Shown piece after piece: positions 40,882 to 51,745 of a stretch of DNA of 64,000 nt. Below the pieces are notes generated by a model, which had not been told where the DNA came from, searched no databases, and saw only the letters and a list, made by a program, of their open reading frames with translations. How positions within the stretch are numbered: the first letter of the stretch is position 1; each line of letters opens with the position of its first letter. This DNA is from an uncultured bacterium (GTDB lineage: Bacteria; Fidelibacterota; Marinisomatia; Marinisomatales; JAHJCW01), in the NCBI GenBank assembly GCA_965369995.1, contig CBDURO010000007.1:860-64859 (forward strand). Direction: 5' to 3'. Both the position numbers and the translations under genes were made by a program.

Positions 40882-41217
40882 ATGTACTGTCCCAAATGCC
40901 GAACGCAATATATTGAAAATATTAAAGAATGTTCTGATTGCCAAGTTCCATTAGTCGAAGAGCTACCGGAAGAAACACCTTTGGAAAAAATTAAATGGGT
41001 AGCCCTTACACCTCTCGCAGGTGAGGTATATGCTGAAATGGTTGAGGAAGTCTTACAAAAAATGGATATTCCGAATTTTACCAAGTCCGATTGGGCAACT
41101 TCCGCATTTAATATTTCCAGCGCCAATTTAGTTGGTTCAAGGGTCACTATTTTCGTACCGGAAGAGAATCATGATGATGCTGCACAATTAATTGAAGAAT
41201 TATTAGGGAATAAATAG
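40882..41217 (+). CDS. Zn-ribbon + DUF2007-like protein
   Basis: MYCPKC…CSDC..PLV; 'IFVPEE…A..LI'. Confidence 0.7.
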   Translation: MYCPKCRTQYIENIKECSDCQVPLVEELPEETPLEKIKWVALTPLAGEVYAEMVEEVLQKMDIPNFTKSDWATSAFNISSANLVGSRVTIFVPEENHDDAAQLIEELLGNK

Positions 41218-41218
41218 C

Positions 41219-42475
41219 TTGATTCGCTCTGTAAAAGGCACACACGATATATTACCCAACCAAACTTGGCGCTGGCGGAAAGTTGAATCAGCATTGCATA
41301 ATTTTATGCAAAAATACGGATACCAAGAAATCCGTACACCCGCTTTTGAAAAAACCGAACTTTTTGCACGTGGTATCGGAGAAGCAACTGATATTGTATC
41401 TAAAGAGATGTATAGTTGGATCGATCAAGGCGGCGAAAATCTAACTCTAAAACCGGAACTAACAGCACCGGTCGTAAGAGCTTTTATTCAACATAATTTA
41501 GGAAGTCAATCTGCCATTAATCGTTTGTATTATATGGATGCCCTATTCCGCAGAGAAAGACCTCAAAAAGGGCGTACCAGACAATTTCATCAATTTGGTG
41601 CAGAGGTTTTTGGCTCAGCACATCCTGAGGCAGATGCAGAGATTATTGCAATTTCTTATAATTTTTTCAAGACTCTTGGCATCAATAATCTAACTTTAAC
41701 ACTGAACAGTATTGGTTCTGAAGAATGTCGTCAAAATTATCGAAATGAACTACGCAGCTATCTAAAACCTTTTTTATCCGATTTGACTGAAACAAGCCAA
41801 AATCGTTTTAATAATAATCCTTTGCGAATTCTTGACACAAAAATTGAGCACGAAAAAGAAATAATTAAGAATGCACCGGAAATTGGCAGTTTTCTAACTA
41901 ATGATGATAAATCACATTTTGAAGAAGTTAAATCGTTTTTAAACGATCTCTCGATACCTTTTACCATAGACCCACAGATGGTTCGTGGATTAGATTATTA
42001 CACACGAACTACTTATGAAATAACTTCTAATGCCTTAGGTGCTCAAGATGCTTTATGCGGCGGCGGCAGATACGACAAACTTGTAGAAACACTCGGAGGC
42101 AAATCAACTCCTGCTGTTGGTTTTGCTGCGGGAATAGAACGATTAATATTAGCATTAGAATCAAAAATGTCTAATTTAAATGATAAACCTATACAAATTT
42201 ATATTGTTGGAATGATGGAAGATACACGATCCATTTGTCAGGTTTTAGCACAAGAACTTCGTGATCAAGGATTCTCAGTAGCAACTGATCTTTTACAACG
42301 CAGTTTAAAATCGCTGTTGCGTGAAGCAAATCGTAATAACGTAAAAATCGCAATTATAATTGGTGATGATGAATTAATAAATAACACTGTGCAGGTAAAA
42401 AACATGGAAACTGGCGAGCAAACCACTATAATAAAAAATAAACTGGTTGAGTATCTTACGGATTTGGATTTTTAA
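41219..42475 (+). CDS. hisS: Histidine--tRNA ligase
   Basis: VKGTHD, DIVSKEMY, FRRERPQKGR, VRGLDYY, GGGRYD. Confidence 0.97.
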   Translation: MIRSVKGTHDILPNQTWRWRKVESALHNFMQKYGYQEIRTPAFEKTELFARGIGEATDIVSKEMYSWIDQGGENLTLKPELTAPVVRAFIQHNLGSQSAINRLYYMDALFRRERPQKGRTRQFHQFGAEVFGSAHPEADAEIIAISYNFFKTLGINNLTLTLNSIGSEECRQNYRNELRSYLKPFLSDLTETSQNRFNNNPLRILDTKIEHEKEIIKNAPEIGSFLTNDDKSHFEEVKSFLNDLSIPFTIDPQMVRGLDYYTRTTYEITSNALGAQDALCGGGRYDKLVETLGGKSTPAVGFAAGIERLILALESKMSNLNDKPIQIYIVGMMEDTRSICQVLAQELRDQGFSVATDLLQRSLKSLLREANRNNVKIAIIIGDDELINNTVQVKNMETGEQTTIIKNKLVEYLTDLDF

Positions 42476-42527
42476 TTTTATTCAATTAGATTATACACGC
42501 GCATAAGGAAAAACTTAATTTTATAAT

Positions 42528-45044
42528 ATGTCTGAAAAACCACTATTAATTGTTGAGTCGCCCTCGAAGGCCACAACAATATCCCGCCATCTTGGTGGAA
42601 AATACAACGTGATTGCAAGTGTTGGGCACGTGAAGGATTTGCCTAAAAACGTTCTTGGAATCAATATCGAAAACGATTTCGAAATAACTTTAGAAGTACT
42701 TCCAAACAAGAAAAATTTTATTAAAGAATTAAAATCGCTCGCAAAAAAAGCACCGAATATTATCTTGGCAATGGATCCCGATAGAGAAGGTGAAGCGATT
42801 GCTGCGCATATTGCAAGCGAAATTCCGAGTGAAAAAATTGAACGCGTTCTATTCACTGAAATTACTAAAGCAGGTATACAAGAAGGTATTAAAACGCGTC
42901 ATCCAATTGATGATAAATTAGTTGACGCCCAAGTTACTAGACGTATAATTGACCGCCTTGTTGGTTACAAAATTTCGCCGATTTTATGGGCAACATTACA
43001 GCACAATATGAAATTTGTAACAACTACTTTATCAGCCGGAAGAGTGCAATCTGCTACTGTCAAAATCTTGATTGACCGTGAACGTGAACGAGCCACTTTT
43101 AAAGATGCCACATTTTACAATTTAAAAGCACTTTTATTAAATAGGGGCAAAAACGAGTTCACAGCTTCGCTCTACAAATTAAATGAACAAAGGTTAGCAA
43201 CATCTAAAGATTTTGACAAAAAGACCGGTAAAGTAATAAATAAGAATGTTATTGCTCTAAGCGAATCACAAGCAAATACCTTAAAGACAGAATTAGACGT
43301 TGGTACTTGGGACGTTGCTGACATTAAAGAAAAACCAATAACTTCAAATCCTCGTCCCCCATTTACTACATCCACTCTTCAGCAAGAAGCCGGCCGCAAA
43401 TTGCGATTTACAGCAAGACGGACAATGAGTGTAGCGCAAAAATTATATGAGCATGGTTTCATTACCTATATGCGTACGGACTCAATACATTTATCATTCG
43501 AAGCAATTAACTCCGCCCGTCAGGAAATCCAACATCGTTTTGGGAGTGAATATCTACCAGAAAAACCAAGACAGTATTCAACTAAAGTCAAAAATGCTCA
43601 GGAAGCTCACGAAGCTATCAGACCTGCCGGAACAAGAATTAAAGCAACCACAGAGGTAGAAAGCAAACTAGATAAAGATGCTGTCCGCTTGTATGAATTA
43701 ATTTACAAGCGCACACTGGCTTGCCAAATGAAATCGGCAAAACTTAAAGAAACCACAGTCCTAATTAATAATCAAAAAGCTGTATTTCGTGCTAGCGGCA
43801 GAGTTATAATATTCCCGGGATATATGCGTGTATATGTAGTCGGCCGTGATGATCCGGATATAATTTTAGCTGATAAAGAAACTCTATTACCAAAATTGGA
43901 ACTGAGAGAGAATCTTGATTTAAAGGAGTTAAATATTGTAGATCAAACAACCAAACCGCCGGCACGCTTTACCGAAGCATCGTTGATACGAGAAATGGAA
44001 GCAAAGGGAATTGGTCGTCCATCAACTTATGCTGCAACAATTGAAACAATTCTGCGCCGTGAATACGCCGAAAAGAAAACCGGTAGTTTAGTGCCAACTT
44101 ACCTTGCAGTTGCCATCACTCAACTTTTAGAAAACCATTTCACATCATTAGTAGACGCTAACTTTACCGCTGAAATGGAAGATGGTCTTGATGCGATAGC
44201 ACGGGGCGAGCTAAAATCGTTACCTTTTATTAAAGAGTTCTATTTTGGGGGGAATGAAACAATTGGTTTAGAGGCAATGCTCAAAGAAGAAGTTGATATT
44301 CGCAAAGCCTGCGCTATCGAAATAGACAAATCTACAGACGAACCTATTATTGCCCGTATCGGTAATTTTGGTCCATATTTAGAACATAACGGAAATCGGA
44401 AATCCATACCACTCAGCGTACCACTTGGTGATTTGACTCCTGAGAAAGCAAAAGAAATATTGACTAAAGAAACAAACGATGTAAAAACACTCGGAAAAGA
44501 TCCAAAAACCGGTAATGAAATTTATTTTAAAGAAGGTCAATATGGTCCTTATGTACAATTGGGCGACAGTAAAACACGCAAATCCATTCCAAAAGAATTT
44601 AATATTGATGACGTTAATCTAGAATTGGCAGTACGATTATTAGCGCTACCGCGCGAGGTTGGGAAACACCCTGAAACAGGTGAATTAATAACTGCTGATT
44701 ACGGTCGTTATGGTTCTTATCTGCGTTGCGGTAAAAAAAATGCCCGTATAGAACCACCACTTTCTCCATTGACTATCTCAGTTGATGAAGCGGTAGCAGC
44801 TTGCTCAAAAAAGAAAACCGGATCGCAAGAATTAAAGACTTTAGGCAAGCATACCAAAACCGGCGAAGAACTTATCATAAAAACCGGCTTTTACGGTCCT
44901 TACATCACTGATGGTAAAGTGAATGTTTCAATACCGAAAGGAAAGGATGTTGAATCAATTACGGTTGATGAAGCAGTAGAATTAATTGATAAAAAACGTG
45001 CCGCCGGACCATCAAAACGACGTCGAAAAAAAAAGAAGAAATAA
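42528..45044 (+). CDS. topA: DNA topoisomerase I with C-terminal repeats
   Basis: IVESPSKA, DPDREGEAI, SAGRVQS, ITYMRTDS, GIGRPSTY. Confidence 0.97.
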   Translation: MSEKPLLIVESPSKATTISRHLGGKYNVIASVGHVKDLPKNVLGINIENDFEITLEVLPNKKNFIKELKSLAKKAPNIILAMDPDREGEAIAAHIASEIPSEKIERVLFTEITKAGIQEGIKTRHPIDDKLVDAQVTRRIIDRLVGYKISPILWATLQHNMKFVTTTLSAGRVQSATVKILIDRERERATFKDATFYNLKALLLNRGKNEFTASLYKLNEQRLATSKDFDKKTGKVINKNVIALSESQANTLKTELDVGTWDVADIKEKPITSNPRPPFTTSTLQQEAGRKLRFTARRTMSVAQKLYEHGFITYMRTDSIHLSFEAINSARQEIQHRFGSEYLPEKPRQYSTKVKNAQEAHEAIRPAGTRIKATTEVESKLDKDAVRLYELIYKRTLACQMKSAKLKETTVLINNQKAVFRASGRVIIFPGYMRVYVVGRDDPDIILADKETLLPKLELRENLDLKELNIVDQTTKPPARFTEASLIREMEAKGIGRPSTYAATIETILRREYAEKKTGSLVPTYLAVAITQLLENHFTSLVDANFTAEMEDGLDAIARGELKSLPFIKEFYFGGNETIGLEAMLKEEVDIRKACAIEIDKSTDEPIIARIGNFGPYLEHNGNRKSIPLSVPLGDLTPEKAKEILTKETNDVKTLGKDPKTGNEIYFKEGQYGPYVQLGDSKTRKSIPKEFNIDDVNLELAVRLLALPREVGKHPETGELITADYGRYGSYLRCGKKNARIEPPLSPLTISVDEAVAACSKKKTGSQELKTLGKHTKTGEELIIKTGFYGPYITDGKVNVSIPKGKDVESITVDEAVELIDKKRAAGPSKRRRKKKKK

Positions 45045-45049
45045 TTATT

Positions 45050-46507
45050 ATGGATATTAAATCAATCGAAAAAATTGTATCGCTCTCAAAACGCCGCGGA
45101 TTCATTTTCCAAAGTTCTGAAATATATGGCGGGCTTGCATCAACTTGGGACTATGGTCCGCTTGGTGTTGAAATGAAAAACAATATTAAAAATTTATGGT
45201 GGAAGGATATTGTTACATCACGACGTAATGTTGTCGGAATGGATGCGGCAATTTTAATGCATCCAAAAGTCTGGGAAGCAAGCGGACACGTAGAGAAATT
45301 CCACGATCCATTAGTAGATAATAAAAAAACAAAAAAACGATATCGCTTAGACCACTTACTATTACAACAAAAAGACACAGTCCTTGACACACTCTTAACG
45401 TTTTGTACTGGTACGGATATCCAATTTAAAGATAAGTCTGAGAAATTATCTTTTATTACGAGTACTCTAACCAAAATGAATCTAAAAGAATTCGTTTTAA
45501 CAAAGTCAGAGGTTATAGATCCATATAGTGGGAATGTTGGTGATTGGACAAACCCCAGACAATTCAATCTAATGTTTAAAACATCCTTTGGAGCATTAGC
45601 AGAATCCGGTGATGAAACTTATCTGCGCCCGGAAACAGCACAAGGAATTTTTGTTAATTTTAGTAATGTAGTTACAACAGCACGTCAAAAACTGCCTTTT
45701 GGCATCGCACAACTCGGTAAAGCATTTCGAAACGAAATCACTACCGGTAATTTCTTGTTCCGTACTCGTGAATTTGAACAAATGGAATTGGAATATTTCA
45801 TTTATCCGCAAGATGCGAAAGAACAGTTGGAATATTGGTCAAAAGAGCGCTTGAACTGGTATAAAAAACTCGGTGTTAGAGAAAACAAATTAAGATTACG
45901 TCCACATGATAAAGACGAATTAGCACATTATTGTACCGCATGTTACGATATTGAATATGAATTCCCATTTGGCTGGTCGGAACTGGAAGGAATTGCTGAC
46001 CGCGGCACTTATGATTTGGATCAGCATAACAAACACGCTAAAAAAAAGCAATCTTATTTCGATCAAGAAAATAACAACCACATTGTACCCGCTGTAATAG
46101 AAGCTTCAGGCGGAGTTGACCGCGCTTTTTTAACTTGTTTGGTTGATGCATATCGTGAAGAAGAAGTGAACAGCGAACAGCGCATCGTACTTAAACTTTC
46201 ACCTAAAATAGCTCCAATAACTTGCGCAGTTTTTCCGTTAGTTAATAAAAATGGTTTACCTGAAATATCAGAGAAAATTTTTACTGAAATTCAAACTGAA
46301 TTCAGCGCATTTTTCGATCAGGGTGGATCGATTGGTCGGCGTTATCGGCGACAAGATGAAGCAGGTACACCTTTTGGTATAACAATCGATCACCAAACCT
46401 TAGAGGATAATACCGTAACGCTTCGTGACCGCGATACAATGAAACAAATTCGTGTTTCAGCGGATAAAGTACTGGATGAGCTGAAGATAAAACTCCAAAA
46501 CGTTTAA
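45050..46507 (+). CDS. glyQS: Glycine--tRNA ligase (homodimeric type)
   Basis: KRRGFIF, WDYGPLG, LRPETAQGIF, FRTREFEQME, IGRRYRRQDE.GTP. Confidence 0.96.
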   Translation: MDIKSIEKIVSLSKRRGFIFQSSEIYGGLASTWDYGPLGVEMKNNIKNLWWKDIVTSRRNVVGMDAAILMHPKVWEASGHVEKFHDPLVDNKKTKKRYRLDHLLLQQKDTVLDTLLTFCTGTDIQFKDKSEKLSFITSTLTKMNLKEFVLTKSEVIDPYSGNVGDWTNPRQFNLMFKTSFGALAESGDETYLRPETAQGIFVNFSNVVTTARQKLPFGIAQLGKAFRNEITTGNFLFRTREFEQMELEYFIYPQDAKEQLEYWSKERLNWYKKLGVRENKLRLRPHDKDELAHYCTACYDIEYEFPFGWSELEGIADRGTYDLDQHNKHAKKKQSYFDQENNNHIVPAVIEASGGVDRAFLTCLVDAYREEEVNSEQRIVLKLSPKIAPITCAVFPLVNKNGLPEISEKIFTEIQTEFSAFFDQGGSIGRRYRRQDEAGTPFGITIDHQTLEDNTVTLRDRDTMKQIRVSADKVLDELKIKLQNV

Positions 46508-46545
46508 TTATTTGCTGTCATTTCCAATTCACAGTTTTAAATAAA

Positions 46546-48240
46546 ATGAAAAAATATCTCGGATTATTTCTATTTTCATTTTTACTAATTTCGTTTATTA
46601 ATGCGCAAAAAACTCCTAAAGCTTCAAAAAACGGAATGGTGGTTTCTGCTTCGCAATTAGCATCACAAGTTGGTATCGACATAATGAAATCAGGTGGGAA
46701 CGCTATTGATGCTGCAGTAGCTACTGGATTTGCGTTAGCGGTTACTTTTCCACAGGCAGGAAACATCGGCGGTGGCGGATTTCTAGTTACACATTTAGCT
46801 GATGGAAGAAACATCACAATTGATTTCCGTGAAACTGCTCCATTAGCCGCTCACCGCGATATGTATTTAGACGAGAACAGTGAAGTAATTAAGGATATGT
46901 CTCTAAGGTCGCATCGTGCAGTTAGTGTTCCCGGTTCGGTTGCCGGATTGCTCACGGCTTGGCGCTATTACGGTTCGGGAAACATTTCACTGAAGCAATT
47001 GCTGAAACCGGTAATCAAAATTGCAAAAGATGGCTTCCAAATTTCCCAACGATTTGCTAATAGTTTGAATAATTCACGAAATCTCTTTCAAAAAAATGAT
47101 GGCGCCAGAAAAGTATTTATTCGTTCTGATGGAAAACCTTGGCAAACAGATGATTTATTAATACAGAAAGATTTAGCAAAAACTTTACAACGAATTGCCA
47201 AATATGAACTAGATGGATTTTACAACGGTAAAACAGCAGAATTAATCGTTAAAGAAATGAAAGAAGGTAATGGTCTAATAACATTAAAAGATTTAAAATC
47301 ATATTGTCCAAAGTTACGCACTCCAATAATCGGTACTTATGAGAATTATAATATTCTTTCAATGGGACCGCCAAGTTCAGGCGGCATTCTTTTAATCCAA
47401 ATGCTTAATATGTTGGAGTATTTTGCACTTGATTCAATAAAATTCAACTCAGCTGATTATATTCATTTATTAACCGAAATTGAACGGCGGGCTTATGCCG
47501 ATCGTGCTGAACATTTAGGAGATAGCGATTATTGGGAAGTACCTATTGAAATGCTTACCTCAAAAGATTATGCTTATGAAAGAATTAGGAATATTTCTAT
47601 GCTTAAAGCATCGCAAAGTGCGGAAGTCTTTGCGGGTAATCCAACAGCTTATGAAAGTAAAGAAACCACACATTATTCAGTAATTGATAAGGATGGCAAT
47701 GCTGTTAGCGTTACAACTACTTTGAATACAGGTTTTGGATCGGGGATTTTAGTCGAAGGTACTGGCTTCTTCTTGAATAATGAAATGGATGATTTTTCCG
47801 CAAAACCAGGCACCCCTAATATTTTTGGATTAGTTGGTAATAAAGCCAATGCCATTTTTCCTTATAAACGTCCGCTAAGTTCAATGACACCGACAATTGT
47901 TCTTAAAGATGATAAACCATTTATCATAATTGGTTCACCGGGTGGTCCAACAATCATAACCACTGTTTTACAGGTTATCCTCAATATTATTGAACATGAT
48001 ATGGATATTTCTGAAGCAATTGCCGCGCCACGCTTTCATTCACAATGGCTACCGGATGTTATTGAGGTGGAACCTGAAACAATATCTGATTATGTACAAA
48101 AAGAATTAGAATCTCGAGGCCACAAAATTATACCATACAAGTGGGGATATATCGGTTCCGCAAATTGTATTTTAATCAATGAAGACGGGTATTATGGTGG
48201 TCCTGATCCACGATGGGAAAACTCCGCGATCGGTTACTGA
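46546..48240 (+). CDS. ggt: Gamma-glutamyltransferase
   Basis: GGNAIDAAVA, IDFRETAP, ETTHYSVID, LNNEMDDF, RPLSSMTP. Confidence 0.96.
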   Translation: MKKYLGLFLFSFLLISFINAQKTPKASKNGMVVSASQLASQVGIDIMKSGGNAIDAAVATGFALAVTFPQAGNIGGGGFLVTHLADGRNITIDFRETAPLAAHRDMYLDENSEVIKDMSLRSHRAVSVPGSVAGLLTAWRYYGSGNISLKQLLKPVIKIAKDGFQISQRFANSLNNSRNLFQKNDGARKVFIRSDGKPWQTDDLLIQKDLAKTLQRIAKYELDGFYNGKTAELIVKEMKEGNGLITLKDLKSYCPKLRTPIIGTYENYNILSMGPPSSGGILLIQMLNMLEYFALDSIKFNSADYIHLLTEIERRAYADRAEHLGDSDYWEVPIEMLTSKDYAYERIRNISMLKASQSAEVFAGNPTAYESKETTHYSVIDKDGNAVSVTTTLNTGFGSGILVEGTGFFLNNEMDDFSAKPGTPNIFGLVGNKANAIFPYKRPLSSMTPTIVLKDDKPFIIIGSPGGPTIITTVLQVILNIIEHDMDISEAIAAPRFHSQWLPDVIEVEPETISDYVQKELESRGHKIIPYKWGYIGSANCILINEDGYYGGPDPRWENSAIGY

Positions 48241-48666
48241 TTATTCATCAGATATTAGACGCTTTCCAAGATTTACTACTTCATCCTGAAGATAGCCCAA
48301 TCTTCGATAAAACTTAATCACACCGTCATTTGCATTCCGTATTTGAACTTGTAGTTTCGGACATCCTAATTTTAATAAACGGCGTTCGGCTTTTTCCATT
48401 ATTTGTTTACCAATTCCTTGTCGTTGAAATTTAGGTTTAACAGCTAAATAATTTACCCATCCACGATGGCCTTCATATCCTACCATCGCAGTTGCGATAA
48501 TTTCATCATTTACCAATCCGATAAGGAATAATTCTGGTTGCACGGTTTGCTTGCGCTCAATATCCAGTTGTGGATTATTCCAAGGCACAACAAGTCCACA
48601 CTCTTCCCATAATTGGATAACATCCTCTTTATCGGATTCGCGATAGCTTCTAAATTGAAAATTCAT
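48241..48666 (-). CDS. GNAT acetyltransferase (YpeA-like)
   Basis: 'PWNNP..DI.RK', 'GYEGHRGWVNYLAV', 'GCPKLQ'. Confidence 0.88.
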   Translation of the reverse strand: MNFQFRSYRESDKEDVIQLWEECGLVVPWNNPQLDIERKQTVQPELFLIGLVNDEIIATAMVGYEGHRGWVNYLAVKPKFQRQGIGKQIMEKAERRLLKLGCPKLQVQIRNANDGVIKFYRRLGYLQDEVVNLGKRLISDE

Positions 48667-48671
48667 TCTTG

Positions 48672-50135
48672 CTAATAGTGAAAATCACTATTGCCTATAT
48701 ACTCACGCAAAAGCGATGTCCCGGGTACATATTTCTCATTCAGATTTGCAAAAAATGATAAAAATAAATCCAAACGTTCAGCTAATCGTTTAATGCTGTC
48801 ATCCCCTTTTACTTTTTGCAATAGTGGACGAGCATACTTAGCTAAAACCGGCAATTCATAAACAAGCGAAGAATTAAATATTAAATTTGCTTCTTCACTA
48901 TATGGAAATATATTTTTCTCTTCTCCCAATCGAACCGATGTCCATCGCTCTAATGTTTTTTCAGGAGAATAACCACGAAATTTATTATCGCGTACTAATC
49001 TTCGAAGTAAGCGGTTATCCGATGTTGAAATTCTGTGATTAGCATCTATGTTCATTTGTGTAATAGCGCTAATGTATAACTTTTCAACTCGATCTTTACC
49101 AAAATTTTCCGTCAGTTTAGGATTAAGTCCGTGGATCCCTTCGACAATTACAAAGTCCCAATCTCCAAGTTCTAATTTTTTATCGGTATCTTTACCAATC
49201 CCTAAATCAAAATTAAAATGTCTTTCAGGTATAGCCTTACCGTCAAGTAATGCATTTAACCGGTCAATTAACAGAGCAACATCGAGTCCATCAATTGATT
49301 CAAAATCTTTTTTACCATCATCTCCAATTGGTAATAATTTGCGGTCTATAAAGTAATCATCCATGGAAATTGTCTGTGAGCGAAACCCATTTACCCTTAA
49401 TTGTATCTTTAATCGTTTGCTAAAAGTGGTTTTCCCGGCAGAAGATGGTCCTGCTATTGTTATGACACGTTTTTCCGGAAATCCCGCTACTATTTCATCA
49501 GCAATATCACTGATCTTTTTTTCATGAAGACCTTCAGCAACCCAAATTAATTCTTTGATTTCGCCGTTATCAATGGAATCATTCAAATCACCAATTGTTG
49601 AAATCCCTAATATCTCACTCCATTTCTGATGTTCTTCCATTGTAGCAAATAACTTTGGCTGATCATGAAAAGGAGCAACGTCATCAGGATGTAGAATTGT
49701 AGCAAATCTTAGTAGAAATCCGTCATTATATTTTTTTAATTCAAATTTTTCTAATTGGGATTTATTACTTATTAGCGGTTCAATCATATAATCCCAATAT
49801 TTTCCATTAAATTTTGCTATCGGTATTTGATCACTTTCCCATCGCTTTGCGATCACTAATTTACTATGTGAATTAAATTTATACAGTTTTTCGATAAATT
49901 TTTGTTTGGGCCACAATTTAAAAGTTATTGGTTCATCACTTTTTATCCATTCTCGCATTAAGTTTTCTAATTTTTGTAATTCCGCAGCTGAAATTGGGTC
50001 AAAATTGACATCATGACAAAAGAAGCTGTTACCAAAAGAATGCTCAATAACCAATAATCTATCAGGAAAAACTTTCTTAAAAGCACCGGAGAGGAAGAAC
50101 GCTTGAGTAGCGTGCACCGAAGATAAGATTGCCAT
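48672..50135 (-). CDS. Nucleoside (uridine) kinase with ThrRS-like N-terminal region
   Basis: 'AEGLHEKKI', AGPSSAGKTT, 'EGIHGLNP', 'DNRLLRRLVRD'. Confidence 0.85.
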   Translation of the reverse strand: MAILSSVHATQAFFLSGAFKKVFPDRLLVIEHSFGNSFFCHDVNFDPISAAELQKLENLMREWIKSDEPITFKLWPKQKFIEKLYKFNSHSKLVIAKRWESDQIPIAKFNGKYWDYMIEPLISNKSQLEKFELKKYNDGFLLRFATILHPDDVAPFHDQPKLFATMEEHQKWSEILGISTIGDLNDSIDNGEIKELIWVAEGLHEKKISDIADEIVAGFPEKRVITIAGPSSAGKTTFSKRLKIQLRVNGFRSQTISMDDYFIDRKLLPIGDDGKKDFESIDGLDVALLIDRLNALLDGKAIPERHFNFDLGIGKDTDKKLELGDWDFVIVEGIHGLNPKLTENFGKDRVEKLYISAITQMNIDANHRISTSDNRLLRRLVRDNKFRGYSPEKTLERWTSVRLGEEKNIFPYSEEANLIFNSSLVYELPVLAKYARPLLQKVKGDDSIKRLAERLDLFLSFFANLNEKYVPGTSLLREYIGNSDFHY

Positions 50136-50140
50136 ATTAT

Positions 50141-50563
50141 TTATTCACCTATAATTTTGACAAGTACGCGTTTTTTTCTGCGCCCATCAAATTCACCATA
50201 GAATATTTGTTCCCAAGTTCCAAAATGCAACCTTCCATCTGTTACCGCGATGACAACTTCGCGTCCCATAATCTGTCTCTTGTGATGTGCATCACCATTG
50301 TCTTCGCCGGTGCGATTATGGTCGTACTGATCAATCGGTGCATGTGGCGCTAGTTTTTCCAACCACCTCTTATAATCACGATGTAATCCCGATTCATCAT
50401 CATTAATGAAAACAGATGCAGTAATATGCATAGCATTTACTAAACACAGTCCTTCTTGGATACCACTTTCTAATAGTGCTTCCTCTACCTGTGTAGTTAT
50501 ATTTACAAAATCCATCCGTTCCGAAATATTAAAATAAAGTTCCTTGTAATGTGATTTCATCAT
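50141..50563 (-). CDS. yjbQ: YjbQ/UPF0047 family protein
   Basis: [31 protein letters not shown]. Confidence 0.9.
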   Translation of the reverse strand: MMKSHYKELYFNISERMDFVNITTQVEEALLESGIQEGLCLVNAMHITASVFINDDESGLHRDYKRWLEKLAPHAPIDQYDHNRTGEDNGDAHHKRQIMGREVVIAVTDGRLHFGTWEQIFYGEFDGRRKKRVLVKIIGE

Positions 50564-50575
50564 TTACTCCAAATA

Positions 50576-51745
50576 TCAATTTAATTTATCAAATATTAAT
50601 TGTACAAACATAGATGTACCAATTAAAAGAGCTCGTTCATCAATATCAAAATGCGAACAATGGTGCGGTACGGACATTAGTTCTTTATCAAACGGAGCGG
50701 AACCGATAAAGAAAAAACAACCGGGTATCTTTTGTAAATAATAACTGAAATCCTCGGCCCCCATAGTAAGATATGGCTCCACAGTTCCATCTCCAACAAT
50801 TTTGCGAGCAACTTTCTGAACCATTTTAGTTGATTCTTTATCATTAATTGTCGGCGGATATCCATCCTGATAATCCATTTCTATTGTTGCACTACTGGCT
50901 TTGGCGACTCCATCAATAACTTCTTGCATACGGGTTTTTACCATTAGTCGGTTTTTTTCTGTCATAGCCCGGACTGTTCCACGCAACTTAACTTCATCAG
51001 CTATAATATTAAAACCATGTCCACCTTCTATTTTTCCAACTGTAATCACAGTACTTTCTAGTGGGTCGGTGCTGCGGCTAACAATAGTCTGTAAATTCAT
51101 TATTAAATTTGATGCGACTACAATTGCATCTACCGTGCCTTGCGGTGCTGCTCCATGTCCACCAATACCTTTAACTGTAATATCAAAGATGTCTGCTGCT
51201 GCCATAACAGCTCCTGACTTAACACCGATTTCTCTATACGGTTGGTAGTTCCATAAGTGCATACCATATATTTCATCAACACCATCCAAGCATCCATCTG
51301 CAATCATATAACGTGCACCGCCTTTTCCTTCTTCAGCAGGTTGGAAAATAAATCTAATATCTCCTTTAAACAAATCTCGCTTTTGCGATAATATTTTAGC
51401 TGCCCCCAATAACATTGCCATGTGTCCATCATGACCACAGGCATGCATAGCACCATTGTTCTGAGATTTATAGGAAACATCACTGGTTTCTTGAACAGGT
51501 AAAGCATCCATATCTGCCCGCAACGCGATGATTTTTCCGTCTTTTTTACTATATATATCTCCAATTACACCTGTTTTACCAACACCGGTTCTTATCTCAA
51601 TTCCATAGGATTTTAATTTCTCTGCAATTACTTTTGCTGTACGTTGCTCCTTAAATCCAAGCTCAGGATGCTTGTGGAATTCCCTTCTATTGGTAATAAT
51701 CTCACCTTTAATTGCAGTCACTTCAGGTAAAATTTTAACACTCAT
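50576..51745 (-). CDS. M20 family amidohydrolase
   Basis: HKHPELGF, LRADMDALP, MHACGHDGH, FQPAEEG, AEDFS. Confidence 0.93.
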   Translation of the reverse strand: MSVKILPEVTAIKGEIITNRREFHKHPELGFKEQRTAKVIAEKLKSYGIEIRTGVGKTGVIGDIYSKKDGKIIALRADMDALPVQETSDVSYKSQNNGAMHACGHDGHMAMLLGAAKILSQKRDLFKGDIRFIFQPAEEGKGGARYMIADGCLDGVDEIYGMHLWNYQPYREIGVKSGAVMAAADIFDITVKGIGGHGAAPQGTVDAIVVASNLIMNLQTIVSRSTDPLESTVITVGKIEGGHGFNIIADEVKLRGTVRAMTEKNRLMVKTRMQEVIDGVAKASSATIEMDYQDGYPPTINDKESTKMVQKVARKIVGDGTVEPYLTMGAEDFSYYLQKIPGCFFFIGSAPFDKELMSVPHHCSHFDIDERALLIGTSMFVQLIFDKLN